In this document: positions 9,647-19,114 of the stretch, in pieces
How the letters are laid out: every line of letters starts with the position of its first letter
Numbering within the stretch: the first letter of the stretch is position 1
Source of the DNA: an uncultured Eubacteriales bacterium
GTDB lineage: Bacteria > Bacillota > Clostridia > Oscillospirales > Acutalibacteraceae
Direction: 5' to 3'
DNA length: 27,310 bases
Assembly: GCA_902462035.1 (NCBI GenBank)
Contig: CABQAC010000001.1
Span: 1 to 27,310, forward strand
Notes under the pieces: generated by a model
What the model was told of the DNA's origin: nothing
Database searches by the model: none
Seen by the model: only the letters and a program-made list of their open reading frames with translations
Made by a program: the position numbers and the translations under genes

Positions 9647-10156
9647 ATGATCGTCCGGCAAGAAACCAAGCAGGATTATCAAGAAGTGTACGAGGTTGTA
9701 AAAGCTGCTTTTGCGTCCGCGGAACACAGCGACGGCAATGAACAGGATTTGGTTGCCGCGCTACGGCAAAGCAGCTCTTTCGTACCGGAACTTTCGCTGA
9801 TAGCGGAAATAGGCGGCAAAATTATTGGCCATATTTTATTGACGACCGCCAAAATCGGCACGCAGACGGAACTTGTTTTGGCGCCGCTGTCCGTCCTGCC
9901 GGGGTACCAGAAACAAGGAGTCGGCACCGCTCTGATTCAAGAAGGCCACCGCATCGCCGCAAAATTGGGGTACCGGTATACCGTTGTTTTGGGCAGTGAA
10001 AAATACTACCCCCGGTTCGGCTATCTGCCCGCCGAGCAGATAGGCATCCGGGCGCCGTTTGATGTCTCGCCCAAAAATTTTATGGCCAAACGGCTGCGGG
10101 AGGATGCAGGGCCAATTTGCGGAGTCGTGCGGTACGCACCGGAATTTAGAATTTAA
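9647..10156 (+). CDS. GNAT N-acetyltransferase (YhbS-like)
   Basis: LAPLSVLPGYQKQGVG and VVLGSEKYYPRFGY; GGAGG RBS. Confidence 0.88.
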   Translation: MIVRQETKQDYQEVYEVVKAAFASAEHSDGNEQDLVAALRQSSSFVPELSLIAEIGGKIIGHILLTTAKIGTQTELVLAPLSVLPGYQKQGVGTALIQEGHRIAAKLGYRYTVVLGSEKYYPRFGYLPAEQIGIRAPFDVSPKNFMAKRLREDAGPICGVVRYAPEFRI

Positions 10157-10218
10157 ATTGCAACAATTTTTTGTGCGGCAGAGCGGACCGTCACATTATT
10201 TGTCCCAATGCGTTAAAA

Positions 10219-10256
10219 AAATAGACCCTATGAGTTTCATTCTCATAAGGTCTATT
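10219..10256. terminator. Bidirectional terminator; probable original guaA terminator displaced by the element
   Basis: AATAGACCCTATGAG-TTTCATT-CTCATAAGGTCTATT with an adjacent A-tract, ~55 bp outside the att repeat. Confidence 0.65.
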
Positions 10257-10311
10257 CTTCATTTTGGGGCAAAGTTTTTTTAAAAAGTAAGTGTGCCCTT
10301 TGACAGTTACG

Positions 10312-10323
10312 TTACTCCCACTC
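10312..10323 (-). repeat. att site distal to guaA (displaced copy of the guaA 3' end)
   Basis: TTACTCCCACTC = GAGTGGGAGTAA (E-W-E-stop); 11/12 match to the guaA end at 25177-25188. Confidence 0.85.
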
Positions 10324-10424
10324 GCCGGGTTAAATCTGTTTCTAAACTTTTCTGTTTAGAACATTTAATCCATCGTGGTTTTATTTGATACAGATTATCC
10401 TTATCCTACGGTCTATCCGAAATT

Positions 10425-10459
10425 CTGCTATCAAAAATCTATCACCCCTGAGCTATCAA
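10425..10459 (+). repeat. Putative integrase arm-type sites (GCTATCAA repeats)
   Basis: CTGCTATCAA, TCTATCAC and GCTATCAA; the same motif is tandem at 25080-25099. Confidence 0.6.
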
Positions 10460-10557
10460 AGGTAATCCTTAGTGCAGCAGCACAGGTGGCTTGGAAGTAT
10501 TATAGCATATCTTTTGTGGTTTTCCCAGCGGTTCTCTGTTTTTTGTCCAACTGTATT

Positions 10558-11601
10558 TTATGCCTTGTCATCCTCGTGCCACTTTTTCAGTACATCCTCG
10601 ACCTGCCGGATCAGCTGTTCCTTGTTCGGCATATAAAGCACATAGCGGGAAGCGAATATGTTATTCGATAGGCCTCCCAAGGCATACTCAGCGGTGATGC
10701 TGTCTTTGTCAGTGCAGAGGATAATACCGATTGGCGGATTGTCATCCGGGTCATTTACCTCAGCAGCATAGTAATTCAAATACATATTGATTTGTCCTGC
10801 TGCCTCTGGAGTAAGCTTCGTAGTCTTTAATTCGATCAGCACATATGCCCGAAGAATCTTGTTGTAGAAAACCATATCCACATAATAGTGGGTATTATTT
10901 ATGGTTACACGCTGCTGCGTGCCAACAAACATGAAGCCACGCCCCAACTCTAGCAGAAATTTCTCAATCTGCTGCACCAATGCCCGTTCCAAGTCGCTCT
11001 CCATAAAGGGCTTGTCCTCTGACAAGCCAAGAAAGTCAAACACATATGGATCTCGGATAATATCAGCAGGTGTGGAGATTTCATTGCCTTTGAGAGCCAA
11101 TTCAAGCACTTGCTCCTTGTTCACATCCCCACGGGATAACAACAACCGTTCAAATAAAGAGCTTTCAATTTGTCGTTTTAACTCACGCACAGACCATCCC
11201 GAATTGATGGTTTCTTTTTCATAAAAGCTGCGCTTGTCAGGGTCGGAAATAGATAGCAGCTCACAATAGTGCGACCAGCTCAATTTTCCAGACACCGTCT
11301 GGATTTTTTCATAGGTCTGATAAAACAGCCGCATATTATATAAATTTGCTCTGGAAAAGCCTTTTCCGAACTCTTGTGTTAACTCTTTTGCGAGCTCTTT
11401 CAAGGTCTGCTTTCCATAATCAGCTCTATCGGGAACAGACTGCTCGTATTCACAGATAATGCGTCCTATATTCCAATAGGTGCTCAAAAGCTCATTGTTG
11501 ACTTCTCTGGCAACATTGGCACGAGCTCCGTCAAGAACATTTTTGATTTCACTTACAATTGCAGTCATACTGTTGTTGACCGACAATTCTTTTTTGTTCA
11601 T
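10558..11601 (-). CDS. YhcG/DUF1016 family PD-(D/E)XK nuclease-domain protein
   Basis: YWNIGRII, GKGFSRANL, LSWSHY, WSVREL, DPYVFDFL, LLELGRGF, VDMVFY, LIELK, GQINMYLNY and PIGIILC motifs. Confidence 0.92.
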   Translation of the reverse strand: MNKKELSVNNSMTAIVSEIKNVLDGARANVAREVNNELLSTYWNIGRIICEYEQSVPDRADYGKQTLKELAKELTQEFGKGFSRANLYNMRLFYQTYEKIQTVSGKLSWSHYCELLSISDPDKRSFYEKETINSGWSVRELKRQIESSLFERLLLSRGDVNKEQVLELALKGNEISTPADIIRDPYVFDFLGLSEDKPFMESDLERALVQQIEKFLLELGRGFMFVGTQQRVTINNTHYYVDMVFYNKILRAYVLIELKTTKLTPEAAGQINMYLNYYAAEVNDPDDNPPIGIILCTDKDSITAEYALGGLSNNIFASRYVLYMPNKEQLIRQVEDVLKKWHEDDKA

Positions 11602-11669
11602 ACACTCACCACCTATGATTTAGTTTTCCGTATTTTGACCCATTTCACTCCATACGTCAGGAATAGAAG

Positions 11670-14600
11670 TTAGTCCATATATTTTTTGAAGTTTTCTGCT
11701 TGCTCCATAACCTTCTGGAACACTTCTTCATCCCACTCCGGTGGGTAACCATTCTGATAAAGAAGCACCGTCAAATCCATGTTTAACTGATTTTTGATAT
11801 CATCACGGGTAGCCCAATCTGCGAATTGAGATTTATCATCAACCAATTCTTTGATTTTCTTGGCCAGAACGAGGCACTTCTCGTCAGCATAGGGAAATCC
11901 GTGGTCATCACGTACTTTCACCAGAATATCATAAAACGCCTTTTCTTCAAAGGATATACCCATCTTTTCAAAAGAGGTTTTATCATCTTGCAGATCACGA
12001 AGGATTTGTAACAACTGGTCAGAGAGGTCATTAACGAAATCAGCAACGACCTCACTGGTGAACACCAATTTATCTCGGCTGTTATAGGCATCCACCACAT
12101 TTCTTAACCGCTCATCAAATTCCTGGGCTTTTACCTTGTTTGTGCGTCCGTAACTGCTGATGGCTTTGCGTAACAACTTTAGCAGAGCATTGAACTTTGT
12201 GATTGGCAGTTTAACTGCATCCAGCTCTGTTAAAAACTCATCGCTGAACAGGTCGACAGATTTATTTTCGTCAACGATATTTTCAATGCCTGTACAAGAA
12301 ATGGCATTACGCACCATTTCCTCAACCACACGATTCATAACTTCTGCATCGGGGGCATTACCTTTTGTCTGCTTATAGATGATGGATCGGATTGCCAGGT
12401 AGAACTGCGCTTTTGCAGTTTCAACATCTGTCAGTTCACCGGACGGGAAACAGATGGTGTACGCACCTTTCAAACGGCGAGAAAGCCCCATAAACCTGGT
12501 TTCCATCTCTTTACTGTTCTGAACATATTCCGCAGCATTGTTCAGACAATTCAGCCGTTCTAAAGGGTCCCCTATGTAGAACTTGGTCGCATTAAACCCA
12601 ACTAAAAGTTCATCAATCATTGCAAGGTGATTACGGAAAATACCGAGTGTGATGTTCAGCTCATCAACAGGGCTTTCCTGGGGACTGCCATATTTTTTGA
12701 CAGCTTCCATCATATCATTCTTGATTCCGATATAATCAACAACAAGGCCCTTATCCTTTCCATCAAACACACGATTAACGCGAGAGATAGTTTGAATGAG
12801 CGTGTGTTTCTGGAGCGGTTTGTCAATATACATGACAGCCAGTGACGGAACATCAAAGCCGGTAATCCACATATCAACCACAACGGCAATTCTAAAGTTG
12901 GAATCGTTGTTTTTGAACTGCTTATCCAGCATTTTGCGATATTCTTTTGTGCCACAGGCATCAAATAGCGGCTTTTCATCGTTAGCCCCCTGCGTTGCAA
13001 CCAGATTGATTTTTGGCAGCGGCATCAACTTATCAAGCTGTTCTTTCGTCAGGACAGACTCATCCTCCGCACGGCGTTTCTCGCCCCATTCAGGACGGAT
13101 GACCAAAATCTCCTGCAACAAACGGAAAGCAACTGCACGGTCAGCACAAACAATCATTGCTTTCTGTACGATTTCTGGCTTTTCAGCACAGAGCAATTCA
13201 TAGTGCTGCACCATATCGGCTGCCAATTTTTTCAGGCGATCTGGGTGCCCAAGGATAGCCCGCATCTGAGCCATTGCCCGCTGGCTCTCCTCAATCTGTT
13301 CCTCTGTAGAGCCTTGCTCTGCACAGCGGTCATAGTATTTCTGAATCTGCTTTGCTTGTTCATCGGACAGAATCACACGAGCCAGACGAGGCTCATAGGC
13401 AATGCGAACGGTAATGCCGTCATCGCTGGATTCTTTCATGGTATAACTGTCTACCACATCACCGAACACAGCAATGGTCTCATCTACCGGGGTTCCGGTA
13501 AATCCGCAATAGGTGGCATTGGGAAAACTATCCCGCAAATATTTTGCAAACCCGTATGTGGTAAATACACCCTTATCGGTCTTTTTCAGTTTTGCACCGA
13601 TGCCAGTTTGGGTTCTATGCGCTTCATCGGAAATGCAGATGATGTTGCTGCGGTCAGATAGTAGACCTGTCTTTTCACAGAATTTCTGGATAGACGTAAT
13701 ATAGACACCGCCACTTGGCCTATCACCGAGCGTTTTTTCCATGTCTGCACGGGACTCGATGCTCCGCACATCGCTTTCATGCAAGAACTTCTTCGCTGTG
13801 GCAAAGAGTTCGGCAGTCTGCGTATCCAAGTCTTCACGGTCAACAATGATAACAATGGTCGGATTGTTGAAGGTGTCCGGGTCACGCAGTGCAATCATAC
13901 GGGACAGAAACAGCATGGTATAGGTTTTACCACAGCCGGTCGCACCGAAATATGTACCACCTTTGCCATCACCGGCAGGACGGAGATGCCGTTTAATGTT
14001 TGCCAGCATTTTCTCGGCGGCAAAGAACTGAGGATAGCGGCACACGATTGCTTCGCTCTTTTTGCTGTCATCGGGATAGAACACAAAATCACGAAGCACC
14101 TGGATAATACGATCTTTGGCAAAGGCACCGGTGATCATCGTAAACAGAGAGCTGATTCCGTTAGAAACTTTGTCCTGGTCGTTTGCTTTGTTCCATGCAT
14201 AGTAATATGCGTAGGGCGTGAAAATACTGCCCATCTTCGTGTTTGCACCATCACTGATGACGGACAAAAAGCAGTATTTCATCAGCTTGGGAATATCCCG
14301 GTTATAGCGGATTGTGATTTGCTCCCAGGCATCATATACAGTGGTGTCCTCATTGATAGCCGACTTGAATTCGCAAATGGCAATCGGAATACCGTTGATG
14401 AACACCAACAGGTCAGGACGGCGCAGATGCTCTCCCTGCACGGAATACTGGTTCACTACTTTGAAGATATTGTTGTCGGGTTCATCAAAATCAATATAAT
14501 CCACATGGAGAGCCACCTCGCTGGTATCGTCTCTCTGCAAATAAAAACCCTCGTTCACCAACCAGAATGTCTCTTTATTCCTACTGTAGAGGGGGCTTGC

Positions 14601-14834
14601 CTGAATCAAGGACAGGCGGTTGATGATTTTCTGAAGTTCAACCTCGCTCAGACCGTCTTTCGCATAACGATACAGAAGGAAAGCGCGAAGATCATCCAGA
14701 AGCAGGACATCTTCATAGGTTCTATGGATGCTCTCACCGTGGACATAGTTGTAGCCCTGCTGCTCAAACAAAGCAATAATGGCAGACTCCAACTGTGCTT
14801 CGGTGAATTGCCCTTTCACGAATGTATAGTCCAC
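11670..14834 (-). CDS. hsdR: Type I restriction endonuclease subunit R
   Basis: Nuclease motif RPDLLVFINGIPIAICEFK, Walker A GATGCGKT, DEAHR, FTGTP, MWITGFD and QTISRVNR; GTG start after AGGAGG. Confidence 0.95.
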   Translation of the reverse strand: MDYTFVKGQFTEAQLESAIIALFEQQGYNYVHGESIHRTYEDVLLLDDLRAFLLYRYAKDGLSEVELQKIINRLSLIQASPLYSRNKETFWLVNEGFYLQRDDTSEVALHVDYIDFDEPDNNIFKVVNQYSVQGEHLRRPDLLVFINGIPIAICEFKSAINEDTTVYDAWEQITIRYNRDIPKLMKYCFLSVISDGANTKMGSIFTPYAYYYAWNKANDQDKVSNGISSLFTMITGAFAKDRIIQVLRDFVFYPDDSKKSEAIVCRYPQFFAAEKMLANIKRHLRPAGDGKGGTYFGATGCGKTYTMLFLSRMIALRDPDTFNNPTIVIIVDREDLDTQTAELFATAKKFLHESDVRSIESRADMEKTLGDRPSGGVYITSIQKFCEKTGLLSDRSNIICISDEAHRTQTGIGAKLKKTDKGVFTTYGFAKYLRDSFPNATYCGFTGTPVDETIAVFGDVVDSYTMKESSDDGITVRIAYEPRLARVILSDEQAKQIQKYYDRCAEQGSTEEQIEESQRAMAQMRAILGHPDRLKKLAADMVQHYELLCAEKPEIVQKAMIVCADRAVAFRLLQEILVIRPEWGEKRRAEDESVLTKEQLDKLMPLPKINLVATQGANDEKPLFDACGTKEYRKMLDKQFKNNDSNFRIAVVVDMWITGFDVPSLAVMYIDKPLQKHTLIQTISRVNRVFDGKDKGLVVDYIGIKNDMMEAVKKYGSPQESPVDELNITLGIFRNHLAMIDELLVGFNATKFYIGDPLERLNCLNNAAEYVQNSKEMETRFMGLSRRLKGAYTICFPSGELTDVETAKAQFYLAIRSIIYKQTKGNAPDAEVMNRVVEEMVRNAISCTGIENIVDENKSVDLFSDEFLTELDAVKLPITKFNALLKLLRKAISSYGRTNKVKAQEFDERLRNVVDAYNSRDKLVFTSEVVADFVNDLSDQLLQILRDLQDDKTSFEKMGISFEEKAFYDILVKVRDDHGFPYADEKCLVLAKKIKELVDDKSQFADWATRDDIKNQLNMDLTVLLYQNGYPPEWDEEVFQKVMEQAENFKKYMD

Positions 14835-14850
14835 GTGTTTGCCTCCTTCT

Positions 14851-15741
14851 TTATACTTGCTCCTTGAACACATCAATCAAATAAGAATTAAGCGCCGAAG
14901 CAAGATTGATGGCAAGACTGGCCATGTTTTTGGATATTTCAACCGTACTTCTCCCTGCGCCATGAGAAGCAGTAGAGTTATTGCGGATATACGGTAATGA
15001 CATAAGCACTTTTTCCCTGAAACCCTCGCTTGTCATACTTTCGGGCAGGTTTAAGCAGTCACGATCAACGATACCTTTTGTCAGTTTGTCTGCATTGCCA
15101 CGGTCAAGCTGTAGTACAACCTTCATGACACTCTCATAGCTTTTCCCGGCATTTGATATAGCTTCGGCATAGTCTCCCTTTTCAAAAAACTCGATTGCCT
15201 TTATCAGTTCATCATAAGCCGATTGGAATAGTGGTGCAGCATCCATGAGTTCATGCATCTGCGACAAGGCTTTCTGCTTCAAATTCTGCTCAAACTGCTG
15301 TGAATCCACTTTAACCATTCGTCCATCGTGCAGCAACCAAGGAATGTTGTTGCTACTAAAGACATTATTTATCGCAGTTTGGAAATCGGGCTTTTCCCCG
15401 TCAGATAATTCTTCATACTGCAATTCTATCACATCGAATAGAAAAGGGGTAAAAGCAGCTGCCAGAGGGTTATGTGCAGGGCCATCAAAAACATTATGTG
15501 TTAATGAGATATATGGTGCGCCTTTGGCATCACAAAAGTTTTCGATTGCAATATGAAGTGCTGTTGTTCTCACTTCATAGCTGTCATACCGATTCGGACG
15601 GATGATTGTCGGCTCTGCAAAATCGTTCATTACGGCAGCAATCTTCTCTTTTACAGAATACTCGATTTCGCCACAAATGTGATCTTTTGCTTCTCCGTTT
15701 CCAAATTCAATCAAATCGTTATATCTTTCAGAAAAAAGCAT
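14851..15741 (-). CDS. Putative abortive-infection protein: AbiJ-like N-terminal domain plus C-terminal HEPN (Abi_C-like) domain
   Basis: 296 aa from MLFSERY; helical C-terminus with AISNAGKSYESVMK and RNNSTASHG (R-x6-H); TAATG overlap with the hsdS stop. Confidence 0.7.
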   Translation of the reverse strand: MLFSERYNDLIEFGNGEAKDHICGEIEYSVKEKIAAVMNDFAEPTIIRPNRYDSYEVRTTALHIAIENFCDAKGAPYISLTHNVFDGPAHNPLAAAFTPFLFDVIELQYEELSDGEKPDFQTAINNVFSSNNIPWLLHDGRMVKVDSQQFEQNLKQKALSQMHELMDAAPLFQSAYDELIKAIEFFEKGDYAEAISNAGKSYESVMKVVLQLDRGNADKLTKGIVDRDCLNLPESMTSEGFREKVLMSLPYIRNNSTASHGAGRSTVEISKNMASLAINLASALNSYLIDVFKEQV

Positions 15742-16871
15742 TATTTTTGCCCTCCTTCCTCCAACGAACCTTTGATCAGAATAGGGCATAGCCCCCGAAT
15801 CTGCGTTTTCAACTGCTCATTGATTTCTTTACGTAGAGAATATGCCGTAAAAATGTTCACAATATTTTGCTGAACTTCGATTTTCGGTATGGGAATCCTT
15901 ACATCACACATTTCCGGCCAGTCGAATGTCTCCCGTGCACTACCCCATGAATGAAAACGAGCATATCTGTCAAATTCAGAGCGGCAGAAAAACATCATAA
16001 GATATTCCGGCAACAGGACATTTTTCTTTGTAGTGAATACGGTCGATATAGAGGAAACGAGGTAAGTATCTGTTGCGTCATTAAAGCCCATCGACACTTT
16101 GTCTCCACGCCGTGAGGTATCAGGAACATAAGCGATATGGTCAGGGGGAACAATTTTGTAGTTTCTCAGTCCTACACCATCCATATCCGCCTTTGTTGGT
16201 ATCATTTCTTTTGAAACCGCCAAACCTCTAACGTAATCAACAGATAAACCCACGTCGTTACGGGCTTCGCTAAGAATGAGATATTCTCCAATCCTTTTGT
16301 GTGGCAACTCTTTCATCAGTTCTTCAATAAAAGCATCAACGGCCAGTTTCAAATCCTCCAAGCCATGCTCATAATTCTGCTGATTGCTTATTATGGCATT
16401 GTAGATATCCACATACTTCTGCTGGATTTCAATTGGCGGGAGTTTAATATCAACGTCACAGATGTCCTCCCAGTTATAGAACTCTGTTGAGCTGCCCCAT
16501 GAATTTGTGATTACATATCGGTCAAATTCCGAGCGATTGAAAAACATATAAAGCCAAAGGGGATGTAGCAATTCACGGCAGCAATTCTTTACACGAAATA
16601 CCACATAGTCTTCGGTGCAAATAACAGGTACATCGCCATTATTGTATGCAATACTGAATTTACTGCCATTTCTGGAGGTGCGATGATTGAATACAAAATC
16701 TCCCGGATATACAATGTAGAATTTACTCAGATCACGAGCCGATACATCAACCTTTGTTGGCATAAATTGCTTGAGGTTATTGACACCACGCACATAGGAT
16801 TGTCCATATTGCAAATCAATATTTCGATTATCCAACAACTCGATATAGCTGCCTAACTTAGTCAATGCCAT
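15741..16871 (-). CDS. hsdS: Type I RM specificity subunit S
   Basis: Two TRDs, each followed by a conserved region (IKLPPIEIQQKYV; IPIPKIEVQQNIV); overlaps the hsdM end. Confidence 0.92.
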   Translation of the reverse strand: MALTKLGSYIELLDNRNIDLQYGQSYVRGVNNLKQFMPTKVDVSARDLSKFYIVYPGDFVFNHRTSRNGSKFSIAYNNGDVPVICTEDYVVFRVKNCCRELLHPLWLYMFFNRSEFDRYVITNSWGSSTEFYNWEDICDVDIKLPPIEIQQKYVDIYNAIISNQQNYEHGLEDLKLAVDAFIEELMKELPHKRIGEYLILSEARNDVGLSVDYVRGLAVSKEMIPTKADMDGVGLRNYKIVPPDHIAYVPDTSRRGDKVSMGFNDATDTYLVSSISTVFTTKKNVLLPEYLMMFFCRSEFDRYARFHSWGSARETFDWPEMCDVRIPIPKIEVQQNIVNIFTAYSLRKEINEQLKTQIRGLCPILIKGSLEEGGQK

Positions 16872-18480
16872 AGCCAATCCCCCTGAACGCGTCTTTCAGC
16901 ATGGATTGTGACAGTTCCTCGGATACCATCAGTAAACGCATTTCGTTCTGAATCCTCGCCATTTCCTTGTCATAATCGATATCCAGGTCGTGGTCAATGA
17001 ACTCGATGTATTTACTCGGTATAAGCGAAAAGTTCTTATCCTCGATGGTAATATCATCGGGGTTCCATCTGTCCTTTTTCAGAATTTTCACAGCCCGGCA
17101 CAATTCCGGTACATCGGTGTAAAGAGCAGTATCCACACTCTGCCACGCATTATAAATGCGTTTTACCTCTTGAATCTGTGCATCGGTCAAAATGGTCTTT
17201 TTCTTCTTTTTGCCCTTGTCAATGACGATTTCTTGGATATTCTGATCCCACAGACGCAAATCCATAAAGATGACTTCTCCACGACGGTCACGAACCTGTC
17301 TGCCATTTACTGTACCGGCGTTTTTATTCATATTAACGATCCACAACGTAACAGAAATATCGGTGGTATAAAACATATTGCGAGGAAGAACGATAATAGC
17401 TTCGATTTTGTCATTCAGAAGAAGCTGTTTGCGAATTTCATATTCATCTGGATCGTTCAAAGCACCATTTGCCAGAAGAAATCCGGCAATACCGTGAGTG
17501 ACATCCAGTTTGGAGATCATGTGCAGAATCCAGGCATAGTTGGCATTGGAAACACGAGGAACGCCATATCCTTGCCAACGGGCATCATCCAACAGCTCGT
17601 CCTCACCACGCCAACCTTTTAGGTTGAAAGGCGGATTGGCCATGATAAAATCAACCTTCTTGTCCTTATGCAAATCCTCAGTAAAAGTAGAGGCGTTCTT
17701 TTCGCCAAGATTATGAGATATGCCACGAATGGCAAGATTCATCTTGCACAAACGCCAAGTTTCCTGAACGCTTTCTTGCCCAATAACAGAAATATTCTGA
17801 CGATTTCCGTGATGGCTTTCCACAAATTTATGAGATTGTACGAACATACCGCCGGAACCGCAGCAGGGGTCATATACCACACCACTGTATGGTTCAATCA
17901 TTTCTGCAATTAAGCGAACCACACAAGCTGGGGTGTAAAATTCGCCATCTTCCTTAGTGCCAGAAGCTGCATATACCTGCAAAAAATATTCGTACACACG
18001 TCCAATGAGGTCTTCTTCATGAAAGCGAGACTTATCTATCTTATTAACTTCATCAATGAGCTGTTTAATCTTTTCCTTTGGTGCACCAAGGGTAGCATAC
18101 AGATTAAGAGAAAGAGCACCCTTCAGTGCAGGATTACTTTTCTCAATATCCGCCATAGCTTGGTCGAGGATAACGGCAATATCATTGGCTCCGGCGTTCT
18201 TTACGATATAGGCCCAACGGGCAGTCTCTTTAAGATAGAATACATTTACTGCATTATAGAAGGATGCTTTCTCCAAAAATGCAGGGACATCCCCATATTG
18301 AGCAATTAGCTCGGCACGGCGCTGTTCAAACTTATCACCAGCAAACTTCAGAAAACACAGACCAATGACAGCATCACGATTTTTATCGGTACTGCCAACT
18401 CCGCGCAGAGCAACACGGCAGTTCCACAATACGGTTTCAAGTGAAACCTCTTCTGTTTTTTTCTTAGTTGCTCTGGCCAT
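16858..18480 (-). CDS. hsdM: Type I RM methyltransferase subunit M (N6-adenine)
   Basis: GEFYTP, YDPCCGSGGMF, NPPF and NANYAW motifs; start trimmed to MARATKK (GGAGG RBS). Confidence 0.95.
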   Translation of the reverse strand: MARATKKKTEEVSLETVLWNCRVALRGVGSTDKNRDAVIGLCFLKFAGDKFEQRRAELIAQYGDVPAFLEKASFYNAVNVFYLKETARWAYIVKNAGANDIAVILDQAMADIEKSNPALKGALSLNLYATLGAPKEKIKQLIDEVNKIDKSRFHEEDLIGRVYEYFLQVYAASGTKEDGEFYTPACVVRLIAEMIEPYSGVVYDPCCGSGGMFVQSHKFVESHHGNRQNISVIGQESVQETWRLCKMNLAIRGISHNLGEKNASTFTEDLHKDKKVDFIMANPPFNLKGWRGEDELLDDARWQGYGVPRVSNANYAWILHMISKLDVTHGIAGFLLANGALNDPDEYEIRKQLLLNDKIEAIIVLPRNMFYTTDISVTLWIVNMNKNAGTVNGRQVRDRRGEVIFMDLRLWDQNIQEIVIDKGKKKKKTILTDAQIQEVKRIYNAWQSVDTALYTDVPELCRAVKILKKDRWNPDDITIEDKNFSLIPSKYIEFIDHDLDIDYDKEMARIQNEMRLLMVSEELSQSMLKDAFRGIGYGID

Positions 18481-18706
18481 TGTATGTTCCTCCGTTTTCT
18501 CTATCATCCGAGATAAATTCTATAATGTCATCCATTTTACAATTTAACACACGACAAATCTTCTCCACTGACTCCAAAGAGATATAGGTATCATTTCGCA
18601 ACCGTGTGGAGATGTTTGCACTGTATCCTGCCTGCCGCTGTAAGTCCGCAATGGACATTTTTTTATCGATTAACATATGAAGCAGTTTTTTATAAGACAC
18701 AGCCAT
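18464..18706 (-). CDS. Cro/C1-type HTH transcriptional regulator (HTH_26/YozG-like)
   Basis: MAVSYKKLLHMLIDKKM...ISLESVEKICRVLNCKMDDIIEF; AAGGAGG RBS; overlaps the hsdM start. Confidence 0.85.
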   Translation of the reverse strand: MAVSYKKLLHMLIDKKMSIADLQRQAGYSANISTRLRNDTYISLESVEKICRVLNCKMDDIIEFISDDRENGGTYNGQSN

Positions 18707-18733
18707 TGTACGACCTCCTTTTTTCTATTGTTT

Positions 18734-18762
18734 ACTATATCACGAAAATGTGAAATTTTCAA
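18734..18762 (-). promoter_or_regulatory. Sigma-A promoter of the HTH-hsd operon with a palindromic operator in the spacer
   Basis: TTGAAA-17 nt-TATAGT with extended TG; TCAC-N6-GTGA at 18740-18753. Confidence 0.65.
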
Positions 18763-18817
18763 TATGATAGTCCGGATTTGTCAAGCTCATTTATCTGGTA
18801 GTTATAATTCGGTTGAA

Positions 18818-19114
18818 CTATAAAATAAATATGCCGCCCGTGAGATTTCTCCCACGGGTGGCGGTACGGTCATTCTCAAAGGGCTTATACACGGTTACGG
18901 TTTTCAAATACTTCACAGGATCGCCGTTCAGTATCAAATCCGCATATTCAAGCGGTGCATTGTAAACGAGATAGTCCAGCTCAGACCGTTCATACATATT
19001 GTTGGCTACCTCGTTCTCCACGGCGGTGCAATCAATAGCGATCAGCGTTCCGTCCTCCAGCCGAAGCTCCACGCAAGCGGTGTCGATAATAAACTCGCAT
19101 GATATAACTTTTAT
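18818..19114 (-). CDS. Small acidic hypothetical protein (DUF6061-like); ATA at the apparent start position
   Basis: Open frame extends upstream of the ORF-track start to ATA AAA GTT ATA TCA TGC GAG, just behind GAGGAGG; family name recalled, not searched. Confidence 0.6.
   Translation of the reverse strand: MKVISCEFIIDTACVELRLEDGTLIAIDCTAVENEVANNMYERSELDYLVYNAPLEYADLILNGDPVKYLKTVTVYKPFENDRTATRGRNLTGGIFIL
18833..18862 (-). terminator. Hairpin closing the backbone operon, upstream of the cargo promoter
   Basis: GCCGCCCGTG...CACGGGTGGC stem followed by ATATTTATTTT on the minus strand. Confidence 0.55.

Noticed and set aside
10375..10671. 98-aa hydrophobic plus-strand ORF at the element end
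   Set aside because: Overlaps the yhcG 3' end and the arm-site region, and has no clear RBS.
13779..14867. 362-aa plus-strand ORF
   Set aside because: Antisense to hsdR; codon-bias artefact.
15741..16871. Phase-variable hsdS (shufflon or simple-sequence repeat)
   Set aside because: Single hsdS, no silent copies, no dedicated invertase and no tandem repeat tract seen.
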